A stretch of 64,000 bases of DNA from Sporopachydermia quercuum (Eukaryota): positions 1,302,001-1,366,000 of the forward strand of contig BCGN01000001.1 in assembly GCA_001599295.1 (NCBI GenBank), given 5' to 3'. Made by a program: the position numbers and the translations under genes. Position 1 is the first letter of the stretch. Each line of letters opens with the position of its first letter. The notes beneath the pieces are model-generated. The model saw only the letters and a list, made by a program, of their open reading frames with translations. It did not search any database and had not been told where the DNA came from. This document shows, in pieces, positions 1 through 11,796 of this stretch.

Positions 1-1379
1 TTCACCAAATTCATTAATTCTGCGCCGGACATTCCTGGGGTACCTCTAGCAATAACTGTTGGGTCAACATCAGCTGCACATTCAACGTTCTTCATATGAT
101 GCTTCAAAATATCAGATCGGCCTCTGACATCAGGTAAATCTACATTAACAATCTTATCAAATCTTCCTGGACGGGTTAATGCTTTATCTAGAGATTCAGG
201 GAAATTTGTTGCGCCAATAATAATGATACCTTCAGTTTGAGAGAAACCATCTAACTCAACTAGTAATTGGTTTAACGTTTGTTTAGCATATGCTTGATCT
301 CTAGGATTTCTCTTACCTCCAATAGCATCTAACTCATCAATGAATACAATGGCGGGTGATTTGGCTCTGGCAGCAGCAAATAGTTCTCGCACTCTTTTTG
401 CACCAACACCAACATACAATTCATCAAATTCGGATCCTGACATGAAGAAGAAAGGAACTCCTGCTTCACCAGCGGTAGCTCTTGCTAATAATGTTTTACC
501 AGTACCTGGTGGACCTGTGAGTAAGACTCCTTTTGGCAATTTACCACCTAAACCTGTGAATTTAGTAGGATCGCGTAAAAATTCTACAATTTCTTCTAAT
601 TCAGCTCTTGCTTCATCAACACCATGAACATCGGAAAATCTAACGTCAGACTGAGCCATGTCAGCATCTTTAGCTCTCGTAGAATCTCCTCTTCCAAGAA
701 TCGAACCGGAATCTGAAAGAAACTCGGCACCGGTTCTGATGGCATAACCAATAGCAATTACAGGGATCAAAAATCGCAGTAACTTGGTGAACAATGTAAG
801 ATAAGACTCAGTGACAACAACGTGAAGAGGTTCAGCTTTGGTGCCTGAACCATAACCCATTGACCCAATGCCAAAATTTCCTTGATTGAATCTTGCCTGT
901 CTTGTATTGGCCTCTGTATTGTAATTATTTCCACCGTTATTTCTTAAGGACTCATTGACAGCTGCTGCTTTACTGTGTTGCCCTATACGTTCTAACGCTA
1001 AAGCATACAACATAGCACATTCTTCATTAGAAGAAATTCCTGGGGTTTCAAATCTGGAAACAACAATATGAGGATAGTTTGCTTCTAACAATAGTTTATA
1101 GAAATCCGCTTGAATACCAGGATTCACTAATTCTCTGTTAGCAACCCGTTCTTTAGCTGCAAGTACTTCGTTATTGATATTTGACCCATTTCCTAATGGA
1201 GAGACCTCTGAAGCGAGCTTTGATTGTGATGTCGACGAAAATAACCGAATAGAAGGTGATTGGAGTCCACGAGATAATCCTGATTTGATTATAAGGGTTG
1301 CTGACGGTATTGATGCTCGTAATAGCAAGTTGTTACCATTCCTAAGTACCCTACCTTGTTTCAAACATCTGGACAGCAT
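1..1379 (-). CDS. YME1: Mitochondrial i-AAA protease (FtsH family), 5' part; gene runs off the window start
   Basis: Not in the ORF track because its stop lies outside the window. Manual minus-strand translation from ATG at 1379 gives [15 protein letters not shown] (presequence-like), the Walker [24 protein letters not shown], the Walker [13 protein letters not shown], the [13 protein letters not shown] and [16 protein letters not shown]. Confidence 0.93.
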   Translation of the reverse strand, partial: MLSRCLKQGRVLRNGNNLLLRASIPSATLIIKSGLSRGLQSPSIRLFSSTSQSKLASEVSPLGNGSNINNEVLAAKERVANRELVNPGIQADFYKLLLEANYPHIVVSRFETPGISSNEECAMLYALALERIGQHSKAAAVNESLRNNGGNNYNTEANTRQARFNQGNFGIGSMGYGSGTKAEPLHVVVTESYLTLFTKLLRFLIPVIAIGYAIRTGAEFLSDSGSILGRGDSTRAKDADMAQSDVRFSDVHGVDEARAELEEIVEFLRDPTKFTGLGGKLPKGVLLTGPPGTGKTLLARATAGEAGVPFFFMSGSEFDELYVGVGAKRVRELFAAARAKSPAIVFIDELDAIGGKRNPRDQAYAKQTLNQLLVELDGFSQTEGIIIIGATNFPESLDKALTRPGRFDKIVNVDLPDVRGRSDILKHHMKNVECAADVDPTVIARGTPGMSGAELMNLV

Positions 1380-1949
1380 TTTTGATCAAAAACATAAAGC
1401 TCCTCCTTCTTTTGCGTTGTGTTCAAGTGAATGAATAAATAATGCAATCTGACAAAAACAATTATGGTCTAGAATGTCTTGTTTGTTGCTATTTTCAAAG
1501 TGTTCCCTGTAAGAAATACTATCCTGTTGAGATGTAATACTCAGTGATTTTTATGGGAGTAACTGATTAGTGCGATTGATTAAATATAATAACTTTTTTC
1601 TATGAATGAACTATCACCGCTTTTGTTGAACTACTACTACAACAACAACCTCTACTTCTTCTTAACGCATAATAAAATGGTTTATATTGGTTGTCAAACA
1701 GCTCAACGAGCGAGCTATAAATGGATAATTCAATAGATAGACCCTTTGGTAGATAAATAGATAGGAATGAGTAAATTGGTGATAAGAATGGAGAGAGAAA
1801 GGAAGGCAAGGATGGAAGATCAGTTGAGAAAATAAGACCCTTCCACGGAAGCTTAGGGACTGATAATTTAGAAATTTGCCTTCGAAGCGTGACATAGTAA
1901 GTCATGAATAACGGACAAACGTGTCACATTATTATATGAATATTTTATA

Positions 1950-2140
1950 GTCACGTGGGCCAGAGGAGCTTATGATAGCTTTAGACCCCCAAAGTCGTGC
2001 ATTACTGAGCAGTCATGTGCCTGAGGAATGGGTGCTAAACCTTTGTAATGTTACAAAAGATAATGGCACGTTATGTGACAAAATGTATCTATAGTAAGTA
2101 TTGTGTGACATATTTTTCAGGTAAGTCTTTCTATCACGTG
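1950..2140. promoter_or_regulatory. E-box (TCACGTG, Cbf1-type bHLH site) pair upstream of YME1
   Basis: GTCACGTG at 1950-1957 and TCACGTG at 2134-2140, plus several degenerate GTCAC/GTGAC half-sites nearby. Motif match only. Confidence 0.35.
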
Positions 2141-2247
2141 CCTTGATTTTCACTTCTCTATATGGTTTGTGTTTGCATTATTTTTACATAATTCAGTTGC
2201 AACCATCATAAAAACTAAATAATTAACTAGAATAATATAATACATCG

Positions 2248-4545
2248 CTACACATGAATAGGGGCGGGTTTTGTTGACGGTGGAGCAAAAACGTTCAAAT
2301 CAGAATAGTCTTTGTTGTTCTCAATTGTAAGTCCATTCTCATTTGCGAGATGAAGTAGACAAATGAAATAGAAACTTGTCGATATCTCACTACGAGACTT
2401 GGAATCATAAATCGCACCAACATTCTCAACCAATTTAGAAAACTGTAAAGGTTCCACAGACCCTTCAACTTTCTCGGGTTCTTCTGGAATGTCAGGTCTC
2501 ACAATTGAATTTCTAGCACTATCATTCACTAAACTTAGCCTGCTCTTTGTTCTAATCTCCAAATTGTTTACTTCAGTATCCAAGACTTTCCATAAATTAT
2601 CTTTCAGAAGCTTAACATTCACTTTCTTTGCTACACGGGAATAATTTAATCCCCCACCTGCCATTCTTGATCTTCCTGATGCTCCCATATTGTTGATATT
2701 GGTTTGATTAGCAGCTAGTAAGTTTGTATTGTTGTAATCGACCCTTGTTTCACCTTCTGGGTATTGAGAAGCACCTCCGAAAAAGTCGTCACCATCAGCA
2801 TCATCGAAAACTCCGGGGTCTTTATCATCATTTTCATTGTCCATTTCGAAGTTGACTTCATTATTGTCAGCCTGTTTTCCTAATGCTTCATTCTCTTGGT
2901 ATTTATTGGCCCAGAAGTTCTCATCCATATCATTTAACTCTGATTTCCTGTTATTAATGTTTCGTCTAAATACTGAAAGATTTTTGTCGGGCTTCATGAA
3001 TAACTCGATCAACTGTCTGGAGCTGAAATGACTATCGAAAGGTAGTAAGTTTTTATCTGCCACAATAATTTGAGTCTTCGGTATGTTTATGGTACCCCCC
3101 TGTATAAATAATTCATCAGAGCTCACATCTCCTTCGGATATAAAATCAATCTCAAATTCTTCCTTTTTCTTTCTTGATTGGCTTTCCTTTGGTTGTTCAC
3201 CATTTTCATTAATTCCTTTTTTATTGTGTTTTTCCATTTTATTACGGAACGATTGAATTTTCCAGTACTCCGGACCTTTCCACGATTTTTTCATTTTCTC
3301 GTCAAAATAAGCCATTAAATCAGTATCAATTATCTCGCTAGCTTGGTCTCTAGCTTGGTCTCCATCATTACCTTTAAGATCGCCGTTAGTGTTAACCTCT
3401 TCCTTCAAATGCCCATCTTCAGTGAAACACTCATCGGGCAAAAGAACTTGTGAGATATCCGGTTCGATGTCGTGGTCTTCCTCGTTCATTGTGAAATCGT
3501 TTCGAACATCAAACTCTCCTAAAGCAGAATTCTCATGATTTTCAGTTGATAGTTCGGCAATTTCTTTCAGAATATCAGTGTTTCCGTTCATCTGCAAGAC
3601 AGATTCTAGTTGAATCAAAGAAGGACATATGTCACAGTCATCCAAATCCATAATTTGTATTTGATTTTTCAGCTCTGTTAGATCAATAAACTCTGGCTCT
3701 TTCAAAGGAACAGAATCCATCTCTACTTCTTCATCGTCTTCTGCAACATCTTCTTTTTCGTTCTCTTCGCTTTCAGCCTTGGCCTTCTTTCCATCAACTT
3801 CATTTTCAAAAGCAGGATCAACTTCCTCAGCATCAAATACAATTCTACATTTAGAATCAACGTTAAGACTGTTCAGGAGTAAACTTTTAGCACCGCCTTC
3901 ATCGAATTCACTGAGGGCTTTCTTGAAAACGGGATCAATAGTTAACTCTTTGTCAAGTTTTTTCGTCTTAATGACATTGAAATCCTTCACTATTGTTGAT
4001 TCAGCTTTTTTATTTTTCCTCTTGGATGCTTTCTTTCTACTAGCTGCACTGTCTTCCTCTATGTCATCGCTTTCGTATTCTTCAATATTATCATCGTCGC
4101 AATTATTTTTACCTGTGCTGTCATCGTTACCTTCTCCGCCATAGCTTAATCCACTGATCAGTAAACCAGTGTGTGTAGCAACTGAATCAACTCTTGATGA
4201 GTAAATTTTGACACATCCATCTAAGGTACATGATGCTTTCTGAAAGTTTATGCTATCACCATCTTTCAGCACTGACATATCATGAAAGTAATCAATAAGA
4301 GCGAAATTCCAACTATTGCTTGAATTAATTTTGTTATCAGTAGCTAATTTAATCCATTCTTCAAAATTAGCGGTCATGGTTCTTTTGTCAGACATATGAA
4401 CTGCTTTATTGAACCCAAGAATATCGTCTTCATTTTCTTCGTTATCATCAAGTAGGACATTCCGTAGCATGCTATTCCCATTAACAGAATGTGATACTTT
4501 TCTGGATTCATTTTTTTTCGCTGGTGCGATTGACCTTCGAGCCAT
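2248..4545 (-). CDS. BRN1: Condensin kleisin subunit (Brn1/Cnd2/barren, CAP-H)
   Basis: 765 aa ORF with NFEEWIKLATDNKINSSNSWNFALIDYF, NFQKASCTLDGCVKIYSSRVDSV and the C-terminal winged-helix motif ISTSFYFICLLHLANENGL. Confidence 0.95.
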   Translation of the reverse strand: MARRSIAPAKKNESRKVSHSVNGNSMLRNVLLDDNEENEDDILGFNKAVHMSDKRTMTANFEEWIKLATDNKINSSNSWNFALIDYFHDMSVLKDGDSINFQKASCTLDGCVKIYSSRVDSVATHTGLLISGLSYGGEGNDDSTGKNNCDDDNIEEYESDDIEEDSAASRKKASKRKNKKAESTIVKDFNVIKTKKLDKELTIDPVFKKALSEFDEGGAKSLLLNSLNVDSKCRIVFDAEEVDPAFENEVDGKKAKAESEENEKEDVAEDDEEVEMDSVPLKEPEFIDLTELKNQIQIMDLDDCDICPSLIQLESVLQMNGNTDILKEIAELSTENHENSALGEFDVRNDFTMNEEDHDIEPDISQVLLPDECFTEDGHLKEEVNTNGDLKGNDGDQARDQASEIIDTDLMAYFDEKMKKSWKGPEYWKIQSFRNKMEKHNKKGINENGEQPKESQSRKKKEEFEIDFISEGDVSSDELFIQGGTINIPKTQIIVADKNLLPFDSHFSSRQLIELFMKPDKNLSVFRRNINNRKSELNDMDENFWANKYQENEALGKQADNNEVNFEMDNENDDKDPGVFDDADGDDFFGGASQYPEGETRVDYNNTNLLAANQTNINNMGASGRSRMAGGGLNYSRVAKKVNVKLLKDNLWKVLDTEVNNLEIRTKSRLSLVNDSARNSIVRPDIPEEPEKVEGSVEPLQFSKLVENVGAIYDSKSRSEISTSFYFICLLHLANENGLTIENNKDYSDLNVFAPPSTKPAPIHV

Positions 4546-5114
4546 TTTGTTTGCTGTTTGAAAGTCTGCGGTAGTATATTCTTGAGTCTACTCCCCTATC
4601 AATCCAGCTGTTTGTTTAGTTCGGTCTGTTTGTTAACCTAGCGTATCAGTCAATCTTCCAATAACCTATAATACACTTGTTGCTTCACCCGCCAATGCTG
4701 AATTGCTATCTGTTCTGGCATCTATAAATCTGCATAAGATAAATTCAACTTAGCTGACTATTAACGATCGTTTTTGTTGAAAATTTCTTGATCAATATTC
4801 AATATAAAACAATGAATATATAAAAGATAACTGCTTATTATTTGCAATCAAAGAAGCAAACAGAGTATTTGGTTGAGCTTTCCTTGGTGTAGTTACAATG
4901 TATTAGGATATTTGTTTACCTTTTACCTGGAAAGGGAAATATTTATAATGAGAGTAAATAAGGTTTATACAATAAAACGTAGGTATAAGCATTGCATGCA
5001 TCTTTGTGCATATGTTTAAACCATAAATTAATGGCAGATGGTATTTGTTAGTGTTCTCTTTATTAGCCGTAAATACTCTCATTATCATGATTATCTTTAT
5101 TTTTCACTATGAAA

Positions 5115-6261
5115 TTATTGTTTAGGAGCTGGATACAAGAGATCTTCAGGTTTTTGACAATAATGTAATATGCGTCCTATTCGTTTTATCTCCTCCAGTG
5201 CGGCAGGCTTGGGGACTTCAAGCATTACTTCTTGACACTTATTAATTACTGCTAATAATCTATCAAGATCCTCTTTGTTCCTATATTTATGTTGGAGGTA
5301 TTTCATTGTTATCTTTTCATTAGCATTCATTGCAGCTGCAAGAGCAATCTGCGGAGGTGTAAACAGAAATGGAGCGTCCGAAAACAAACTCTCATGTATT
5401 ATATCACGAGCTTTATCATGTAATGATCCAAGTTTTTCGATAGCAACAGAAGGGTCATTGCTGAATGTGTCTTGAAGGTCCAAGAAAAATCCGTATATTG
5501 GTCTGTAAGGATGATGAACCAGTAATGTGAATTCCAAACTCTGTAGTATGAGGAATTCCAGGTTTAGCACTGACTCAACACTGGTCTTAGGAATGGCCGC
5601 GGCGAAATCTTTCACTGGAATAAGGAAATTTTCAGTTTTTGCTGCTAAGAACAAACAGGTGGGTCTAAAGTATTTGTAAGCGTTAGTTTCATCATTCGAA
5701 ATATCGTACTGCGTTTTTACATACAAGACATTTTTCGGATTATATACCATAGTGCTGTTCTTTAGGTAAAACCTTCTGAGGTAAGCTATAGCTGTCGCCT
5801 GATAACTGGTTAATATTATATTCAGAGTGTATTAATCTCCTTGCCAAAAGCCTGAGCATAAATTCAAAATCCCCTGGTCTCTAATAAAACTATCAACATA
5901 CTCTCACTTGAGTAGGAAGACGAAAGAACTTACAAAGTTCCAACACTTTCCTGGAATAGTAATGTACTAATGTAGATTCCTCTTCTATCGTTAAAACATC
6001 AATGCTTTCAACTTCCGGTGGTTCTGCCCGGCTTTCTTTTATTTTCTGTACCTTGGCTTCCACATATTCTTTTCCTGCTTTATTCTTTTTCTCCAGTTCA
6101 TTCCTCAGCTGGTGTTCAGTGAACGACCATAGTCTGAACTGTGACGAATTCCTGTATAAATCATCATCTGTACGAAATTTCTTTTTCGGAGGTTCTTCTG
6201 ATACTTTTGATGACTTGGTACTTGTAGTATTACTACTGGTAATAGATTGAATGTCTGACAT
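5115..6261 (-). CDS. CCL1: Cyclin H, TFIIH/CAK-module cyclin (3 exons: 6261-5902, 5798-5725, 5664-5115)
   Basis: DDLYRNSSQFRLWSFT N-terminal motif. Introns 5901-5799 and 5724-5665 (GTATGT...YTAAC...YAG). The spliced product reads LPTQVRATAIAYLRRFYLKNSTMVYNPKNVLPTCLFLAAKTEN (cyclin box). Confidence 0.9.
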
Positions 6262-6754
6262 AGTAGATCTTATAGTGTGATAGGAGAAACAGAACAACCA
6301 GTAACTAAATAGATCATATTCATGTACTAAGCTATTTCCGAATTTTTCATTTCTAGATAATATATACTTTCACTTGTTAAATCCAGCTTCCTCAGTTCAA
6401 TACTTCCAAAGTAATATGGCCTGAATAGTCTCAACGGCAATAAATGCATTCAATAATACAAACAGCAGTGTGTATGCTTAATTACTATTATTTAGTACAA
6501 GTTGTAATTATTAAGAAAGTGGCCAGAATTGTATATCTTTCTCATTAAGCGAGTTCGAAGTGAGACTTGATTTGAAATGTTTTATGTTTACGTCATCCAA
6601 CAGAGTAGATAATCAAATTGAATGATTGACCAGAGCTGTTGATCTATATGCTTATTTAAGGACCAGAGAATGATTAGTTGCTCTTATTGTGATTCTAAAC
6701 GAGATTATAATAATAGCTTGAAAAGTCCATAAAAAGAGTTACTTCATTACTAAG

Positions 6755-6784
<30 letters not shown>
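6755..6784. repeat. (ACT)10 microsatellite downstream of ATP1
   Basis: Direct reading of actactact... followed by degenerate copies. Confidence 0.9.
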
Positions 6785-6785
<1 letters not shown>

Positions 6786-6979
6786 GACTTCTTCTACTAC
6801 TTCTTCTATTACCACTACGACTTGAGCAAAACATAAATGAATATACTAAATGTATTAGTATTACTTAGAGATAGGAAAACAAATAAAAACAGATAAGATT
6901 GGTTGACGAAAAACAATCAACTCATCGAGCAATTCGATTTCATCTCCCATTTCAACTAGCATGAATAGTTTTTAATGAT

Positions 6980-9237
6980 TTAGTTGAATGACTTGACAAA
7001 AGTTTCAGTAACGGACTTGAGCTTAGCCAAAAGTTCATCACTTAAAACACCCTTTTCAGCAATAGCAGAAAGAAGTTCAGTTTCGTTAGCCTTCAAGTAA
7101 GACAAGAAATCAGTTTCGAATTGACCAATCTTGTCAACAGGGATTTCATCCAAGTAACCGTTAACACCAGCGTAAATAACAGGAACTTGTTCTTCAGCAC
7201 CTAAAGGAGAGTATTGCTTCTGTTTCAACAATTGGGTTAATCTTTCACCTCTAGCCAAAGTAGATCTGGTTGAGGCATCCAAATCGGAACCGAATTGGGC
7301 GAAAGCAGCGACTTCTCTGTATTGGGCCAAGAAAAGCTTCAAGGAACCAGCGACTTGCTTCATAGCCTTGACTTGAGCAGCGGAACCGACACGGGAGACG
7401 GATAAACCGACGTTAATAGCAGGTCTAATACCTTTGTAGAAAAGTTCGGCTTCCAAGAAAATTTGACCATCAGTAATGGAAATGACATTGGTAGGAATAT
7501 AAGCAGAGACATCACCACCTTGAGTTTCAATGACAGGTAAAGCAGTCAATGAACCGCCACCGTTAGCATCGGAAAGCTTAGCAGCTCTTTCTAAAAGACG
7601 AGAGTGGAGATAGAAGACATCACCAGGGTAGGCTTCACGTCCAGGGGGACGTCTAAGCAAAAGAGACATTTGTCTGTAAGCGACAGCTTGCTTGGACAAA
7701 TCGTCGTAGATGATCAAAGCATGCTTTCCGTTATCTCTGAACCATTCACCAAGAGCACAGGCAGTGAAAGGAGCCAAGTATTGAAGAGGAGCGGCCTCAG
7801 AAGCAGTAGCAGCAACAATGATAGAATACTTAAGGGCATCTTGTTGTTCTAAAGTTTGGACAAGTTGAGCAACAGTAGATCTCTTTTGACCAACGGCAAC
7901 GTAGACACAGTAAAGCTTCTTGGATTCATCAGAACCATCGTTCCATCTCTTTTGGTTAAGAATAGTGTCTAAAGCAACAGCGGTCTTACCAGTTTGACGA
8001 TCACCAATAATCAACTCACGTTGACCACGTCCAACAGGCACTAAAGCATCAACAGCCTTCAAACCAGTTTGCATAGGTTCGAAAACGGATCTTCTGGGTA
8101 AAATGCCAGGAGCCTTCAATTGAGCTCTGGAAGTGCCAACGGATTCAATAGGTCCTTTACCATCGATGGGGTTACCTAAAGCATCAACTACACGTCCCAA
8201 CATACCAGGTCCAACTGGGACATCGACAATCTTTCCCGTTCTCTTGACAGTTTCACCTTCCACGACAAGTCTATCAGAACCGAACAAGACAATACCGACT
8301 TGGTCAGCTTCCAAGTTAAGGGCCATACCCTTGACACCAGATGAGAACTCAACTAGTTCTTCAGCTTGACAGTTGGTGAGACCGAAAACACGAGCGATAC
8401 CATCTCTGTTCTTTTGGTTAGTAACAAAACAGAAGTCAAAAATAAGTGTATTGTAGATCATTAGTCATCAATAACAACCGCAAAAATACATAGTCGATTG
8501 TTCCATTGTTCCATTGTTCCATTGAACTATTGAATCATCAATCAACAAACGAATAAAAACAATCACATATCTAGCATCCATTAAACAGTAGCGTAAATGA
8601 CAACATCAATAATCATCAAAATAATGATTCAGCACAATTTGTACATTCTTAATTGATTTATTGTTTGATTGTTGTGAATATATGTTGTCTGCTTTGAATT
8701 AGGGCGACGGCCTACATAGAAAAAAGGGGTCGGGGGTAATTCTGGCTATCCGAATCAACGTCCAACGATAAGTGAAAGTTGGCCGAGAATAAATCAAATC
8801 TGATTGAGATGGTACGGGGAAACGAGCTGAATTGACTTGCAATTGGGTTGAAGTTGCAAAGTAATTGAATCTAACAAGCACTGAATTGTAGAAATATTAA
8901 ACATACCCAACGGATAAAACACGACCGGTTTCACTGAGGTTGGCTTCTTCGGAAACACCTCTGATACGTTCTTCGAGGATGGAAGAAACTTCGGTAGCAG
9001 TAGCCTTAGCTTCAGCATAACCTCTTCTTTGAAGAGCTGGGCGGATCTAAAAGTTATTGATATTAGTAATTGAACTCAAAGACAGATCGATTATTCATAA
9101 AATTCATATTTGACCCAAATCGCAATCTCAATTCCAATTACAATTCCAATTCAAACACATACTGAAGCAACAGCAACTCTTCTAGCAGTGACACTAGCAG
9201 CGGCACGAGAAGAAACACGAACGGCAGATCTAAACAT
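6980..9237 (-). CDS. ATP1: Mitochondrial F1 ATP synthase alpha subunit (3 exons: 9237-9163, 9046-8907, 8405-6980)
   Basis: Walker A GDRQTGKT and [24 protein letters not shown]. The Arg/Ser/Ala-rich presequence [15 protein letters not shown] lies in exon 1. Introns 9162-9047 and 8906-8406 have GTATGT donors and TACTAA branch points; splicing restores [15 protein letters not shown]. Confidence 0.97.
8497..8524. repeat. Tandem 8-mer (ATTGTTCC) x3.5 within ATP1 intron 2
   Basis: Direct reading: attgttcc attgttcc attgttcc attg. Confidence 0.8.
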
Positions 9238-10866
9238 TATGAATATATAATAAATGGATGATTCAATGGTGATCTTTAATGGAATCAATGGACCATGGAT
9301 TAAAACAATTCACCGTAGTACTTACCTCTTGACAGCAAAAGAAAAGAGAAGTAGTTAACCAAGAGTGATGGAAAAAGTGGAAGAAAATCAAAAAAGGGAG
9401 TTGTCAATGGGAGAACTGGAAGAAAATCTCTAGAGTTTTCACTTCAAGCCGAAGAAGGGGTCTCAACTGTTTCAAATGGAGCCTAGAGACAGTATTCTAT
9501 GAGACTTATATAGGTACAACTTTAACGTACGTGAGAATGAGTGAATTTTTGTAAGGATGGGTAGCGGGCAGTCAAACCTTAGACCCTTTGGTTTGGAAAG
9601 TGCTTATAGTAACCGAGGAAACTTCCTTGACATTATGTATGAACTCTCATCCCTGACATTCATTCGTATACTGAAGAAACAAAGATACCTAGACCCGTTT
9701 TCAACTGCTGGTAAGAGACTCTCTGCGTCTGGTTCTAATCCAATAGTAATTCATACTCAAATCGATGGTCTCTTCATTTTATTCAATGGGGAATGCTACA
9801 TTCACTACTGGTGTATGGGTTTGTTTGCTCTTATGTAAATTCAATTGCAAATCCATGAGTTCATTCTGATAGACTTCATGCAATTTCACCACAACTTGCA
9901 TTCAGACCCTGGGTTTGTGATGAGTAAAAGTTGCAGAAAAATGATTAGATTGATTGTGAAAGATTGTCATGTCAATTTTCAATTATCTGAGAACAACTAA
10001 TAAAAATAAGAGATGTTTCTGTTGTATAGAATTAATAAAATACTTTAACCAATTAAATACATAAGTTAGAATAAATTGACAACTTGAGAGGAGGTTTTTC
10101 ATTTAGTCACCATCCAAAGTAGCATCTATTTACCTTGTGAGTAATGTTACTTCAACTTCCTTCCTTCTCCACTTGTCATTTTATCACCAGGGGCTGTTTA
10201 GCGAAATTCACTTACATACAGGTCAATGGCACTTTCAGGGGTTAAGTAACAAATGTTTTGCTAAATCTACTTTATATAATGATCGAAAGAAAGGGTCTCA
10301 TATTCCGAACCCCGGTTCTCCATGCTTGATGCGAAATGCGAAATGATCCGGAACTTAGCATCAAGTATCTTCCGATACAGAAGACAATAGACCCTTCTCA
10401 TGATCAACATATCAACCAATCAATCTTTCAGGGTGTTCAGAGCTGAAGTGTGGGTGTATTAATAAAATCTCATACCTATCCCCTACGACTAGCTTGTGTA
10501 TTCAAGTAGAATTATATGATGTTTGGGTGTTACTTATTTTGAACTACACCAATTTATTATATGATTATGCTATCAAATATTTGTTATCCAAGAACACTAT
10601 TGGCTGATGATGGAGAGCGAACCCTCAAGTATCATCCCAAACAAAAGGTGGTGTGGTTTTGAGCAAATAGTGGGACACAAGATTCTTTTAATGGGGAGGA
10701 AACAAGTGGTTGTTGTCTTGCTATATATGCCCTGTTCATTGGATGAATATACTGTGAATCACGACGAAATAGCAAGCTATAAACAGAGTAAGAAGGAATT
10801 TATTGCGGGAGAAATATTGACTCGACGATATTTTATTTCATAACATCATTGTATCAATATATCACA

Positions 10867-11259
10867 ATGTTTTCAAGAGTTGGATTACGAGCTTTCTCTA
10901 GAAAGTACAGTACTGAAATCCCACAATGGGCTTACAACAAACTCCCAGCTGATGCTGCCAAGGGTGCCGCATTCAAGGCAAATCTCGACGCTGTCAGAAC
11001 CCATGCGGGACACACTTCTAACATCTGGAAGAAGATTTCTATTTTCGCTGTTGTCCCTGCTCTACTTGCTACCTGTTATAACACCTACTTGGTCGAAACT
11101 GCACATGCCAAACATCGTGAACACTTAAAGCATGTCCCTACCGAAGAATTCCCTGTCGAGTACGAATTCCAAAACATCAGAGTCAAGGATTACTTTTGGG
11201 GTGATGGTGATAAGACTCTTTTCTGGAATCCTATCGTGAACAGGCACAAGAGAGATTAA
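10867..11259 (+). CDS. COX13: Cytochrome c oxidase subunit VIa
   Basis: MFSRVGLRAFSRKY presequence, WKKISIFAVVPALL TM segment and the COX6A signature YEFQNIRVKDYFWGDGDKTLFWNP. ATG at 10867. Confidence 0.95.
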   Translation: MFSRVGLRAFSRKYSTEIPQWAYNKLPADAAKGAAFKANLDAVRTHAGHTSNIWKKISIFAVVPALLATCYNTYLVETAHAKHREHLKHVPTEEFPVEYEFQNIRVKDYFWGDGDKTLFWNPIVNRHKRD

Positions 11260-11796
11260 ATTTGAAGTCATCAGGTATAGCCGATTGCATGGCTGGAGCA
11301 TTTGTTGTTCGATGTGATTTAAATGCTAATTCTAGCTGCAGTTATGTTGGTTCATTTTTTAATAAAATTTTGTCATTGATTTAGTGGTTCTATAACTCTG
11401 TTCGTTCTGTAACTAACTCTGTTCGGCCCATGGCCATTGTTTTTCATTATACTCGTCATTTATATATATTCGATCAATAGATGCATAGCAATGTTTCTAT
11501 GTAGTAATCCATGTTGCATATTGCAAACATCTAAGTCATTTAATCGTAGTCGACTGAAATCTTCTTTCGTCTCTACAGTGGACTTTGAAATTCAGAGAAT
11601 CATTAAATTTTCCGTTAATCAAGTATGAAATACCAGCAAAACTAAAAAATAAACACTATAGATACACTTAAATAAATCTGAATGCATATTCACTCTTTAG
11701 GGAATAATCTGAGCATTCATCTCAGTCAACTGTTTGATAGAAGACTTTTAGCTTCGCCTCGTCTTTCACAAGATTGTATCTCCATAAAAAAGATCA

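Noticed and set aside
9320..9325. AG|GTAAGT donor-like site on the - strand upstream of the ATP1 ATG (possible 5' UTR intron)
   Set aside because: There is no convincing branch point or acceptor between it and the ATG.
9917..9990. GTGATGA...CTGA pair resembling a C/D box snoRNA in the ATP1-COX13 intergenic region
   Set aside because: The terminal stem is weak and I could not recognise any rRNA-complementary guide; such motifs are common by chance. A snoscan/Infernal search would be needed.
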